The notes: generated by a model from the letters alone, not told the origin. Counted from the stretch's first letter, positions 17,930 through 27,616 are shown. The stretch is 63,124 nt of DNA from Desulfuromonadales bacterium (GCA_033549025.1 JAWSUS010000020.1:1-63124), one strand, 5' to 3'. Translations and numbers: made by a program.

Positions 17930-19018
17930 ATGGGTCTTTCCATTGAAAAAAAAGTAGGGGGGTTCTTCCTGATCGCCCTTTTTGCTCTTGGCGTCTTTAT
18001 CGAACTGGTGGAAGACTGGAATCCCTTTGTCGAGCAGAGGGACTATTTTACCTATTTCACTTCTGCCGTCGGCATCAAACTGGGGGATCCCGTCCGCATC
18101 GCCGGTGTCGAAGTGGGTAAAGTCAAAACCATCGGCATCGAAGACAGCAAGGTCCGCATCGACTTTTACGTCCTCGATGGAACGGTCATCAAGACCGATT
18201 CGTATGCCGAGATCCGGCAGACCAACCTTTTGGGCGGGCAATTTCTCGGAGTGACCTTCGGATCCGCCGAGGCCCAGCCCCTGCCATCGGGGTCGGAAAT
18301 CCCCAGCCTCGAAAAAACCAATATCGATCAGTTGATATCCAATTTCGATCGCAACCAGGAACGGGTGCTGGGCACTCTGGGGGATATCCTCGAAAAAAGT
18401 GAAGGCCCCATTGTGGAGTCCGTTCAACGTATTGAAAATATCGTGGCCAAGATCGACATGGGCGAAGGGATGCTTGGAAAACTGGTTAACGACGCCGCCC
18501 TTTATGAAGACCTTCAGACTACCGTGGCCAGTCTGAATCAGGTTCTGCGGCGCATCGAAAGCGGGGAGGGCACCTTGGGGCGTCTGGTAACCGATCCCGC
18601 CCTTTATGAGGAAACCGCCGCGACCATGGCCAACCTTCGGGTATTGTCCGACTCCCTGCGAAATGGTGAAGGAACCCTTGGCAAGCTCTTCACCGATGAC
18701 GCGCTCTATGCCGATGCGTCGGACACCCTGGCCGAGTTGCGGGCTATCACCCGAAAAATAAACGCGGGAGAAGGGACGCTCGGCAAACTGGTCAACGAGG
18801 ACAGCCTTTACGTCGAAGGTGAAAAAACTCTCGCCAACCTCAGCAGCATTACGGCCAAAATCAATGAAGGGGAGGGGACGCTCGGTAAGCTCGTGAATGA
18901 AGATGATCTCTATCGCGATACCCAATCCGCCGTTAAAAAAGTGGAAAAAGCGGTGGATTCCATGGGCGACAGCGGTCCCATCTCCGTTTTGGGAACGGCC
19001 GTCGGCACCCTGTTCTAG
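17930..19018 (+). CDS. mlaD: MCE/MlaD family protein with extended helical repeats
   Basis: N-terminal TM, GIKLGDPVRIAGVEVGKV MCE motif, LLGGQFL, five GEGxLG[KR]L repeats. Confidence 0.92.
   Translation: MGLSIEKKVGGFFLIALFALGVFIELVEDWNPFVEQRDYFTYFTSAVGIKLGDPVRIAGVEVGKVKTIGIEDSKVRIDFYVLDGTVIKTDSYAEIRQTNLLGGQFLGVTFGSAEAQPLPSGSEIPSLEKTNIDQLISNFDRNQERVLGTLGDILEKSEGPIVESVQRIENIVAKIDMGEGMLGKLVNDAALYEDLQTTVASLNQVLRRIESGEGTLGRLVTDPALYEETAATMANLRVLSDSLRNGEGTLGKLFTDDALYADASDTLAELRAITRKINAGEGTLGKLVNEDSLYVEGEKTLANLSSITAKINEGEGTLGKLVNEDDLYRDTQSAVKKVEKAVDSMGDSGPISVLGTAVGTLF
18461..18912 (+). repeat. Five 102-nt (34-aa) period coding repeats GEGxLG[KR]LxxDxxLY in mlaD
   Basis: Repeat motif starts at 18461, 18563, 18665, 18767, 18869. 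Confidence 0.9.
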
Positions 19019-19042
19019 GTCTTTTCCACAAGCACATGCGTG

Positions 19043-19080
19043 AAAAAGCGCCGTTTCCCTCGAAGGAAACGGCGCTTTTG
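19043..19080 (+). terminator. Intrinsic terminator of the MCE operon
   Basis: AAAAGCGCCGTTTCC-ctcgaa-GGAAACGGCGCTTTT. Confidence 0.85.
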
Positions 19081-19192
19081 CGTAATATCACCCAATCTGT
19101 ACCCGAACATCAATCCCCCTGTCTTGATCGGACGACCACAAAATCCCCGCAGAGCGCCGTTTTCCTCCTTTTGCGCAGCTTGTTTGCGAAAC

Positions 19193-19210
19193 TTTTGAAA
19201 TATTTCACAG
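19193..19210. promoter_or_regulatory. Palindromic operator, Rex-box-like
   Basis: TTTTGAAATATTTCACAG; 2 mismatches to TTGTGAANNNNTTCACAA; core TGAAATATTTCA is a perfect palindrome. Confidence 0.5.
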
Positions 19211-19282
19211 TTTTTGCATGACAAAGGTTCGGCCGATGCTAAAGTTTTGGTGCTTTTCTGAGCTTCTTACAGGGGGAATGTC

Positions 19283-20257
19283 TTGATCAGAACGATCTTT
19301 TTGCTGATAGCCCTTGGTCTTTTGTACGCCTGTAGTGACCTGCCCGCGTTACGGGCTGATCACCCCCTTTTGCCCGTTCGGGCCTACGAGCAGCTCATTG
19401 TCGGCCGTCTCGACGCCGATTATGTCGGCGATGCCAACTGTCTCGCTCAGTGCCATAAGCATGACGAGATTCACCGCGACTTTCAAATGTCCGTCCACGG
19501 AGAGCAGATTTCACCGGAAACGGGTCTGCCGCTCGTCAACTGCGAATCCTGTCACGGCCCTGGCAGCCTGGCCATCTTAAACGCCAAGGAAAACGACAAG
19601 TGTGATTTCAAAACGCTCTTGCAGCTAGAAGAACTCCCCGCCCAGGCCCAATCCCTGATCTGCCTCAAATGTCATTCGGCGGCGTCAACGCCCAACCTGC
19701 ATTACTGGAACGGCAGCATCCATGCCAGCAGTGACGTCAGCTGTTTCGACTGTCACAAGCTTCACCAGGGGCCGCAGCAGAAGGTGAGCCGGCAGGAAAT
19801 GGACGAGATGTGCTATGCTTGCCATATCAACGCGCGCATGGAGTTTGCCCAGTTTTCCCGTCACCCTGTACGCGAACGGAAAATGGCCTGTGTCGATTGC
19901 CACGAACCCCACGGTTCCGCGCAAAAATATGATCTTAAAGGAATCACGGTCAAAGACCTGTGTACCCGCTGCCACATGGACAAGCAGGGTCCCTTTGTCT
20001 ATGAGCACGCCGACCTTGCCGATAATTGCCTCACCTGCCATTCTCACCATGGCTCGGCCAACAACAGCCTGCTGAGAACATCCGAGCCCTTTCTCTGCCT
20101 CCAGTGCCATGCCGGCCATCAGGACTACTCGCACCCATCGCTGGCCACCGATGGGCTCAAAGGGGCTTTTTATTCACGTTGCACCAGTTGCCACTCGTCC
20201 ATTCACGGAACAGATGTTCCATCGGCCAAAGGCAGAGGGACCTTCATTGCGCGCTGA
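19283..20257 (+). CDS. Decaheme c-type cytochrome lipoprotein (MtrA/DmsE-like)
   Basis: Lipobox LYAC; nine CxxCH plus one CxxxCH (CLAQCH); GPFVYEH, CxxCHxxHGS and CTSCHSSIHG typical of MtrA/DmsE. Confidence 0.92.
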   Translation: MIRTIFLLIALGLLYACSDLPALRADHPLLPVRAYEQLIVGRLDADYVGDANCLAQCHKHDEIHRDFQMSVHGEQISPETGLPLVNCESCHGPGSLAILNAKENDKCDFKTLLQLEELPAQAQSLICLKCHSAASTPNLHYWNGSIHASSDVSCFDCHKLHQGPQQKVSRQEMDEMCYACHINARMEFAQFSRHPVRERKMACVDCHEPHGSAQKYDLKGITVKDLCTRCHMDKQGPFVYEHADLADNCLTCHSHHGSANNSLLRTSEPFLCLQCHAGHQDYSHPSLATDGLKGAFYSRCTSCHSSIHGTDVPSAKGRGTFIAR

Positions 20258-20299
20258 TGTGGTCCCAGTGCTGTTGGTGATGTCAGGAGGGGGATTTCG

Positions 20300-22366
20300 G
20301 TGATTAAAACGAGAATCCATGCTCTACTGCAAATATGTGCCCTTGTGTTGACGGGGATGTTTTTCCCCGTTTATTCCGCGATGGATTGTGAGGATCCGGA
20401 TCCACGGATTCAGGAGAGTGCTTTCTCCTTGGGATACCGCGTGGTCGATTCCCAGAAAAATACGCAGAGAGCCGGAGAATACAGCTTCCTCGATTCGGGA
20501 ACGGTCGCCGGCATCATTATCAAGGATCTGAAAACGACCCAGCGCTTTCGCTTTGAAGCGGACTACTTTGACCAAACGGACTACAACGCCGCAGTGGACT
20601 TCGACTATCGTGGCCTCTTCCGTCTGCACGCCACCAGCGAAACCTTTAACCACCAGCTTGAACATTTCCCTGGCATTGACGCTACCCTGACGGCTCCCCT
20701 GGTCACCTTCACCGACCAGAACCCCGGGGAAGAGTACGCCATTGAAGTCAAGAAAGACGAAGTGAGTTTGCGAGCAAGGCTTCCTGAGTTCCCGGCTCAC
20801 TTCAATCTCGCCTACTGGCGTCTGCAGCGACAGGGAACCCGGCAGGGATGTTTTGTCGATGAAGGCGGCGCCCAAACCGCCGATTGCACGTCCTGCCATC
20901 TGCAGTCGCGAACCGAAACGGTCAATCAGGTCACCGAAGAAATCAGGGGTGGGTTTGATGCGCATCTGGGACTGGTCGATATAAGCTATTCGAGTTTTTA
21001 CCGCGAGTTCCGCGATAAAACCCGCACCCCCCTGGATCCTTTCGGTGAACTGGTCGACATCTCAACCGAGCCTGACACTCTCTACCGTCATGCGGGAGAG
21101 TACGAGCACGATGCTGTCCCCGAATCACGCCACATCGCCCATTCTTTGGGCCTTCACACCTCTCTTTCCGGCGGTCTGACGGCCGGTGGCATGGTCAGCG
21201 TGGGCGAGATGAAGAGCTCCTCCAAGCTAAGCGATGTGTCTCCCGTCACCTCCAAGAGCGATTACTGGAAAGCCGCAGGTGACTTTACGCTGACCCCTTC
21301 GAGCCAGTGGACCCTTGCTCTGCGCTATCGCCTGCTCGACATGGATACCCGGAATCCGAACCAGATCACGGCAAGCGGGCTGCCTAATGGGGCGGTGTCT
21401 GTTCGAGACAGCATGGATGTCAAGCGTACGCACTACGGGTCACGGCTTTCCTATCGCCCGCATTATCGGTTGACGCTGCAGGGGGACTGGGAACGGGAAG
21501 AAATTGAACGCACCGCGACCGGACCGAGTCTGGATGATCCCAACGACCCGTTTTGGCATCTGCCCGTCCAGGAACATAAATCATCCTACAAATTCAGCCT
21601 CATCGCCCGTCCTCTTGGCACCCAAAAGCTCCGGCTCAACCTTTCCTACAGATATCTCACCTCGGATGACCCCTCGTACAACACCTCCTTGAAATGCGGT
21701 CATCAGGGATTCGCCGGCGCCACCCTGACCTTGGCCGACCGAGCGGGAATGACGGCCAATATTCAGGTCATTCGGGAAGAAAACAACCGTAGCGAACGCA
21801 GCCTCTTTCACGATTCGGCTACCCTCAACCGCTATCGCCTGAGCCGCCAACTCGACCAGGAAAACGCCACCGTCGGTGTCTGGCTCATTCCGCATCCGAG
21901 TCTTCAGGTCAATCTCCGTTACGGCTTTCTGCACAGTCGAACAGAACAGGGTGTTCTTTTCGGCAATGACCATTATCCCGATTACGTCATTCAGGACGAA
22001 AACGCCGAGTTCGAGCAGACTGTTCACACCGCAGAGTTCTCTTCTGCCTGGCATGTAAGCAAGCAGGTTTCCTTGCTAGGAGAAGCCCGGCTCACCCGAT
22101 CGGCCAGCCGTTTTGATCCCAGTTTTGCCTTTCAGCCCCTCGAGTACTACGGCATTGGCAGCACGGCGGTGGATTCAACGGTTTTGCGGCAACTGAGTGA
22201 GCTGCAGATTCTGCAGACGGCGTACAAGGTGGGTGTGGACTGGAAATTCAAGGATGAATGGAAATGCTCGGCCCGCTACACCTTCGACCGCTATGAAGAC
22301 CTGGAGGGCGCGGTTCTTGACGGCACCGTGCAGAGCTATCTGCTTTCCCTGACGAGGGCCTGGTAA
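20300..22366 (+). CDS. MtrB/PioB-like outer-membrane beta-barrel with a CxxCH motif
   Basis: Signal peptide, amphipathic beta-strand pattern, terminal Trp, directly follows the decaheme gene; CTSCH at 20885-20899; AGGAGG RBS. Confidence 0.85.
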   Translation: MIKTRIHALLQICALVLTGMFFPVYSAMDCEDPDPRIQESAFSLGYRVVDSQKNTQRAGEYSFLDSGTVAGIIIKDLKTTQRFRFEADYFDQTDYNAAVDFDYRGLFRLHATSETFNHQLEHFPGIDATLTAPLVTFTDQNPGEEYAIEVKKDEVSLRARLPEFPAHFNLAYWRLQRQGTRQGCFVDEGGAQTADCTSCHLQSRTETVNQVTEEIRGGFDAHLGLVDISYSSFYREFRDKTRTPLDPFGELVDISTEPDTLYRHAGEYEHDAVPESRHIAHSLGLHTSLSGGLTAGGMVSVGEMKSSSKLSDVSPVTSKSDYWKAAGDFTLTPSSQWTLALRYRLLDMDTRNPNQITASGLPNGAVSVRDSMDVKRTHYGSRLSYRPHYRLTLQGDWEREEIERTATGPSLDDPNDPFWHLPVQEHKSSYKFSLIARPLGTQKLRLNLSYRYLTSDDPSYNTSLKCGHQGFAGATLTLADRAGMTANIQVIREENNRSERSLFHDSATLNRYRLSRQLDQENATVGVWLIPHPSLQVNLRYGFLHSRTEQGVLFGNDHYPDYVIQDENAEFEQTVHTAEFSSAWHVSKQVSLLGEARLTRSASRFDPSFAFQPLEYYGIGSTAVDSTVLRQLSELQILQTAYKVGVDWKFKDEWKCSARYTFDRYEDLEGAVLDGTVQSYLLSLTRAW

Positions 22367-22379
22367 ACAATTTCTCCCC

Positions 22380-23378
22380 ATGATGTTCAATGGTGCTTCT
22401 TTGATCTGCTTGTTCCGACATCCTCGCATTTTGATTCCGCTGGTGGCGGCCTGTCTGCTGCTCCTGACACCCGTTGTCGGTTGGTGTAAAAAAGACGGCC
22501 TGGTGGCGGTGGTGATCACCGGCGACCTTCCCAGGTACCAGCTTGCCCACGAGGCTTTTGTTTACAAACTGGACGAACTCACTGAGGGGAGGGGCGAGGT
22601 GACGGTTTATGTTCAGCGCCCCAATCCGGATGTCATGTCCTGGATAAACAGTATCCGCAAGGCCGTTGGTATCGGAGCCGACATTATCGTAACCTATGGT
22701 GCTCCTGCCACCTTGGCCGGCAAAAACGAAGGAAGGAACATCCCGATTGTTTTTGCGGACGTCTATGACCCTGTTGCCCTGGGGCTTGTTGCGGATATCG
22801 GCAAGCCGGGAGGAAATCTCACGGGAATGGCCGGGCAAACGCCTCTGGAGACCCTGTTGCACGCCTACTATCTATCGAAGGACGTGCGCAAAATCGGCGT
22901 GCTTTTTTCCCCCGAAGACCAGGCCTCCATCTACCAGAAAAATAAACTGGTGGAGATTGCCGAGAAAAAGGGGATTACGGTGCTGCCGGCGGAAGTCAAT
23001 GGACCCGGTGATCTGTGGAAAGAGCTCCAGACGCTGTCTCCCCACATCGATTCTCTGTTTGTGGCGGAAAGCGCTGTCCTCGAGATGTCCGCCACGAAAA
23101 TCATGGATTTTTCCAGAAAAAACAAGATCCCTGTCATTTCACAGATTCACGGCTTTTGTGAAATGGGTGCCTTGATGACCCTTGAGGCCGATCCTGCCGA
23201 GCAGGGCAGCCACATCGCCGGCTATGTGGCGGAAATACTGTCGGGTAAAAAGCCGGGTGAACTCCCGGTTCGCACGCCTCGCAATGTAGCCCTGGTCATT
23301 AATCTGAACACCGCCCGCGAACTTGGCCTTAAAATTCCTTTCCAAGCCCTGACCCTCGCCACACGCGTCATCCGTTGA
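22380..23378 (+). CDS. ABC transporter substrate-binding protein (ABC_sub_bind family)
   Basis: IPIVFADVYDPVALGLV..KPGGNLTG, GKKPGELPV, INLNTARELGLKIP; start uncertain. Confidence 0.88.
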   Translation: MMFNGASLICLFRHPRILIPLVAACLLLLTPVVGWCKKDGLVAVVITGDLPRYQLAHEAFVYKLDELTEGRGEVTVYVQRPNPDVMSWINSIRKAVGIGADIIVTYGAPATLAGKNEGRNIPIVFADVYDPVALGLVADIGKPGGNLTGMAGQTPLETLLHAYYLSKDVRKIGVLFSPEDQASIYQKNKLVEIAEKKGITVLPAEVNGPGDLWKELQTLSPHIDSLFVAESAVLEMSATKIMDFSRKNKIPVISQIHGFCEMGALMTLEADPAEQGSHIAGYVAEILSGKKPGELPVRTPRNVALVINLNTARELGLKIPFQALTLATRVIR

Positions 23379-23399
23379 TCCTGCTCCGTTTTACAATCC

Positions 23400-24296
23400 C
23401 TAACCCTGCAGCAGATAGAGAATAATCGTCAGACTTCCGGCGCTTAGCAGGGTGGTGACAAAGATCGTGCCGGCGACCAGATCGGGCCGCATGCCGAAGC
23501 GAAGAGCATACAGCAAGGGCAGGACGGCAGATGGCGTGCTGGTCTGCAGGATGATCACGTTACGGCTTGTTCCGTCGATAGCGAGAAGCGCGGTGATCGC
23601 CCAGGCGACCAGTGGAGCTACGGCCAGGCGGATAAGGGTGGCCAGTGACAGAAAACCCCAGTGGGATTCCAGCCTGGTTCTCGCCAGCTGCATGCCTAAA
23701 AGGACAAGCATCAGAGGAATGGCCGCGTCCCCGAGAAGCTCGACGGCCCGCAGGATGAAGAAGGGAACGGAAAGGTCAACGGCTTTCAAAAGAAAAGCCA
23801 GGGCCACGGCATGGAAAATGGGGATCTTGAAGGTGTTGATCAGGGCTTTGCCCAGAGGAACTTCTCCTCCCTGCGCGACCACAATGGCCAGGGTGGACAA
23901 AGGAATATTGAACAGAACAAAAGTCAGTACGGAAACGTTGAGCCCCTGTTCGCCAAAGGCAAAATAAGCCAGGGGGAGTCCGAAGTTCCCCACGTTCATG
24001 ACGACCGTGGTCAGCACGAGGGCGCCGCTGTTTTCCCGACTCAGGGCGGTTCCCGCCGCAATCAGGCGCACCAGCAGATAGAGGGTGAGGGTGTAGAGGA
24101 CCATGAAAAAAAAGATATTCAGGGTCAGCGACAGCTGCAGCGTCTGACGGGTAAGAGATGAGAAGACGAGGGCCGGCGTGAAGAGATAGAGCGAGCAGTT
24201 GGTCAGTGTCCGAAAGTCGAGGCCAATCTTCTTCTCGGCCAGGTAGCCGCAGAAAATCAGAATAAAGACGGGAAGAATGATGTTGACGAAGAGCAT
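23400..24296 (-). CDS. AEC (auxin efflux carrier) family transporter
   Basis: NVGNFGLPL, AAIPLMLVLLGMQL, TPSAV; about 10 TM segments. Confidence 0.92.
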   Translation of the reverse strand: MLFVNIILPVFILIFCGYLAEKKIGLDFRTLTNCSLYLFTPALVFSSLTRQTLQLSLTLNIFFFMVLYTLTLYLLVRLIAAGTALSRENSGALVLTTVVMNVGNFGLPLAYFAFGEQGLNVSVLTFVLFNIPLSTLAIVVAQGGEVPLGKALINTFKIPIFHAVALAFLLKAVDLSVPFFILRAVELLGDAAIPLMLVLLGMQLARTRLESHWGFLSLATLIRLAVAPLVAWAITALLAIDGTSRNVIILQTSTPSAVLPLLYALRFGMRPDLVAGTIFVTTLLSAGSLTIILYLLQG

Positions 24297-24488
24297 AGAT
24301 TCCCCTTGGAAAGGTTCCGTAGAAGCTAGCACGGAGACGCTTTTTCTTCAATGGCCGACAGGTATCCGCGTGAAAAGGGAAGGCCTGGAAATATCATTGA
24401 CAAACGTATGGTTAAGTTGCTTAAATAACCAGCTGTTCTTACTGGCGCCATATCCGGCGAACCTTCTTTACCCTTTGCGGAGGACATC

Positions 24489-25793
24489 ATGAATCCATTG
24501 GCTGCTGAACTGAATGATCTGCTCGCCCAACACAACCCTCATGTTCTGGAAATGCTTTCCGATCTGGGGAAAAATCTCTTCTTCCCCAAGGGCATTCTGA
24601 CCCAGTCCGCCGAAGCCAAGGACAAGGCTCATAAATATAACGCTACCATCGGGATTGCCACTGAAAAGGGCGGCCCTATGTTCCTGCAGTGCATCCAGGA
24701 CAAGCTGTCGGCCTTCGACCCCAAGGATATCTACCCCTACGCGCCGCCCGCCGGCAAGCCGGAACTGCGCGCCCTCTGGAAAGAGAAGATGCTGCGGGAG
24801 AACCCGAGTATGGCCGGCAAGCACATCAGCAACCCCATCGTCACCAACGCGCTGACCCATGGTCTTTCCATCGTCGGAGACATGTTTGTTGGAGTCGGCG
24901 ACCATGTGGTGCTGCCTGACATGCTCTGGGGCAACTACAATCTGACTTTCGGTACCTGTAATGGCGGGGTTGTCAAAAAGTTCCCGACCTTTACCTCGAC
25001 CGGCGGCTACGATGTCGACGCCTTCAAGGCCGTTCTCAAGAACAGCGCCGCCGAAAAAGGGAAGGCCGTCGTCATCCTGAACTTCCCCAACAACCCCAGC
25101 GGCTACACCCCCACGGTCCCCGAAGGCGACGCTATTGTCGCCGTTATCAAGGAGGTCGCTGAGGAAGGCTGCAACGTCGTGGTCGTCACCGATGACGCCT
25201 ACTTTGGCCTCTTCTACGAAAATTCGCTTAAAGAGTCCCTGTTCGGCAAACTGGCCAATCTGCACCCGCGCATCCTGGCCATCAAGCTTGACGGGGCCAC
25301 CAAGGAAGAATTTGTCTGGGGCTTCCGGACCGGCTTCGTCACTTTTGCCGACGGCAACAGCTACGAAAATGCCCAGGTGATCGCCGCCCTGGAAAAGAAG
25401 ACCATGGGGATCATCCGTGCCAAGATATCCAACTGTCCTCATCCTTCCCAGACCTTTGTCATCGAAGCGCTTCGTTCGCCCCAGTTTCTTGCCCAGAAGG
25501 AAGAGAAATTCCAGATCATGAAAGGGCGGGCCCTCAAGACCAAGGAAGTGCTCGACAGCGGCAAATACGACCAGGAATGGGACTACTATCCCTTCAACTC
25601 GGGCTATTTTATGTGCCTGAAGCTTAAAACGGTCGATGCCGAAAAGCTGCGTGTGCACCTGCTGGACAAATACGGGGTAGGGACGATCTCCATCGGCAAA
25701 ACCGACCTGCGCATCGCCTTCTCCTGCATTGCCGAAGAAAACATTCAGGAACTCTTTGACCTGATCCATCAGGCCGTTCTCGATCTGGCCTGA
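24489..25793 (+). CDS. PLP-dependent aminotransferase class I/II
   Basis: NATIG, NFPNNPSGY, DDAY, DGATKE..WGFRTGF, LRIAFS. Confidence 0.92.
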   Translation: MNPLAAELNDLLAQHNPHVLEMLSDLGKNLFFPKGILTQSAEAKDKAHKYNATIGIATEKGGPMFLQCIQDKLSAFDPKDIYPYAPPAGKPELRALWKEKMLRENPSMAGKHISNPIVTNALTHGLSIVGDMFVGVGDHVVLPDMLWGNYNLTFGTCNGGVVKKFPTFTSTGGYDVDAFKAVLKNSAAEKGKAVVILNFPNNPSGYTPTVPEGDAIVAVIKEVAEEGCNVVVVTDDAYFGLFYENSLKESLFGKLANLHPRILAIKLDGATKEEFVWGFRTGFVTFADGNSYENAQVIAALEKKTMGIIRAKISNCPHPSQTFVIEALRSPQFLAQKEEKFQIMKGRALKTKEVLDSGKYDQEWDYYPFNSGYFMCLKLKTVDAEKLRVHLLDKYGVGTISIGKTDLRIAFSCIAEENIQELFDLIHQAVLDLA

Positions 25794-25817
25794 TCAACCT
25801 GAGGAATCATCCCTGGG

Positions 25818-25847
25818 AAGGGCCCGCTTTGGCGGGCCCTTTTTCTT
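25818..25847 (+). terminator. Intrinsic terminator
   Basis: AAGGGCCCGC-tttg-GCGGGCCC-TTTTT. Confidence 0.85.
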
Positions 25848-25854
25848 ATACACC

Positions 25855-27177
25855 ATGAACGATCTCAGGCCTCAGCTCGATAAAGCGCGCATTCTGCCTC
25901 AGCTTTTGTCCTGTCTCCAGCTTGGGCAATCCTGCCATCTGGTCGGCGGCGCTCTGCGCGATTTTCTGCTGGGCCGCCCCATCACCGATTTCGACTTGGC
26001 CACCTCCTTCGATCCAACCGACCTCGCCAGAACTTTCGCCAGGCGGATCGACGGCCACTGGTTCATGCTCGATGAAGTCCGCCGACAGAGTCGCGTCCTA
26101 TTTAACGGGGATGGATTCACCTATACTTATGATTTTGCGCCCTTCAGGGCGTCCACCCTGGTTGAAGACCTATCTCTTAGGGATTTCACGGTCAATGCGA
26201 TCGCCCTAGATCTGGCCAGTTTGAGCACATCGCCCCACCTGACCGATCCCCTTGGCGGCCGGGAGGACTTGAAAAAAACCATTTTGCGAGCCTGCTCGCC
26301 CGGCGTGTTTGAGGATGATCCCCTGCGCATTTTGCGGGGAGTGCGACTGGCCCGTATTTTGAATTTCGGCCTGGAGCCCGGCACCCTCAAGCTGATGAAA
26401 AACTCGGTTGCCGGCCTGGAGCGGGTCGCCCCGGAAAGAATAGGGAGTGAACTCGCCCAAATAATCCGTGTTGATGACGGCACGCGTTCGTTGCCCCTCA
26501 TGGATGACCTCGGTCTCTTTCCGGCCCTTTTTGGCAAAGAGAACAGTCCCCAGGACCTCGGCGCCGGCATCGAGCAGGTTCAGATCGTCTCCCGGCAACT
26601 TAAACTGCTGGCCAAGGATGGTCTGAGCATGCCGTCTGAATTCACCGTTGATGGCTTTTCCTGGTTGGCCATCATTCGCCTGGCCGCTTTTTTGTCCGGC
26701 AGCGGCCTGCTGACCCGGCACAGGGATTTGTTGCGTACCATGCGATTTAGCCGGCGGGTCGAGTCTATTCTGAAAAATCTGGTTTCCCTGGGGCCCGATG
26801 ACGGCCAAAAACTCCTCCATCTCGAAACCTCGGACAGGGGTTACGCTCTATGGGTGAATCAACTGGGCCCGGCACCGCCGCTAAGCCTTCTGTACCTGGC
26901 CTCCCAGGTGGAGCTCCCAGACCCATTTCGCCAGAGGGCGCGTGTGGCCATGGCCGCGTACCACACCCACGCGCACAATGGTCGCGTGCCCGACCTGGTA
27001 GATGGTTCCACGCTGCGCTCCACTCTGGGGCTGGCCGAAGGGGTTCTTGTCGGACAGTTGCTGACCGCCCTGCGAAACGAAGAGATTGATGGTCGGGTGC
27101 GAAACCTCTCTGAGGCACATAAGTATTTGAAATTATATATGGAAAAAATTATTGACAAACCGGCGGATCATTCATAG
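25855..27177 (+). CDS. Class II tRNA nucleotidyltransferase / poly(A) polymerase family, probably CC-adding type
   Basis: VGGALRD..DFD, EDLSLRDFTVNAIA, DPLGG..DL, EDDPLRILR, ERI..EL. Confidence 0.88.
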   Translation: MNDLRPQLDKARILPQLLSCLQLGQSCHLVGGALRDFLLGRPITDFDLATSFDPTDLARTFARRIDGHWFMLDEVRRQSRVLFNGDGFTYTYDFAPFRASTLVEDLSLRDFTVNAIALDLASLSTSPHLTDPLGGREDLKKTILRACSPGVFEDDPLRILRGVRLARILNFGLEPGTLKLMKNSVAGLERVAPERIGSELAQIIRVDDGTRSLPLMDDLGLFPALFGKENSPQDLGAGIEQVQIVSRQLKLLAKDGLSMPSEFTVDGFSWLAIIRLAAFLSGSGLLTRHRDLLRTMRFSRRVESILKNLVSLGPDDGQKLLHLETSDRGYALWVNQLGPAPPLSLLYLASQVELPDPFRQRARVAMAAYHTHAHNGRVPDLVDGSTLRSTLGLAEGVLVGQLLTALRNEEIDGRVRNLSEAHKYLKLYMEKIIDKPADHS

Positions 27178-27180
27178 AAT
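27152..27180 (+). promoter_or_regulatory. sigma70 promoter for tRNA-Gly
   Basis: TTGACA-N17-TAGAAT, 11 nt before the tRNA. Confidence 0.85.
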
Positions 27181-27191
27181 GCCACTCCTAT

Positions 27192-27266
<75 letters not shown>

Positions 27267-27278
27267 TACAAAACAAGA

Positions 27279-27311
27279 GGCCCTGGCTGCTCCGGCATCC
27301 AGGGCTTTTTT
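27279..27311 (+). terminator. Terminator after tRNA-Gly
   Basis: GCCCTGG..CCAGGGC followed by a T run. Confidence 0.75.
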
Positions 27312-27401
27312 CTATTTTCACCCCGTACCGTTGAGGCAACTTTCCCTCTGTGCTACATTTTGCCAGGTACGACTTGCGATAGACTGATTGGAGGAACCCT
27401 C

Positions 27402-27599
27402 ATGACGGATCGCCAAACCATCCGCTGCCCGCGCTGTCGCCAGGAGGCCTTATGGCAGGATAACCCTTTCAGGCCGTTCTGCTCCCAGAAATGCCAGTTG
27501 ATCGACCTTGGTCGATGGGCTCAGGAGGAATACAAGGTGCCGGGCCAGAAACTGATGGACCATGATAATCTGCTTGAATTTCCAAACGAAAGAGATTGA
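27402..27599 (+). CDS. yacG: DNA gyrase inhibitor YacG
   Basis: CPRC..RPFCSQKCQLIDLGRWAQEEYKVP; GGAGG RBS. Confidence 0.93.
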   Translation: MTDRQTIRCPRCRQEALWQDNPFRPFCSQKCQLIDLGRWAQEEYKVPGQKLMDHDNLLEFPNERD

Positions 27600-27616
27600 A
27601 TTCTAAAGGAGAATTT

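Noticed and set aside
20255..20302. Cytochrome and porin genes are in the same frame, separated by a single TGA (possible selenocysteine or read-through fusion)
   Set aside because: The porin has its own AGGAGG RBS and signal peptide, the cytochrome ends where MtrA-like proteins end, and I see no convincing SECIS hairpin; chance is sufficient.
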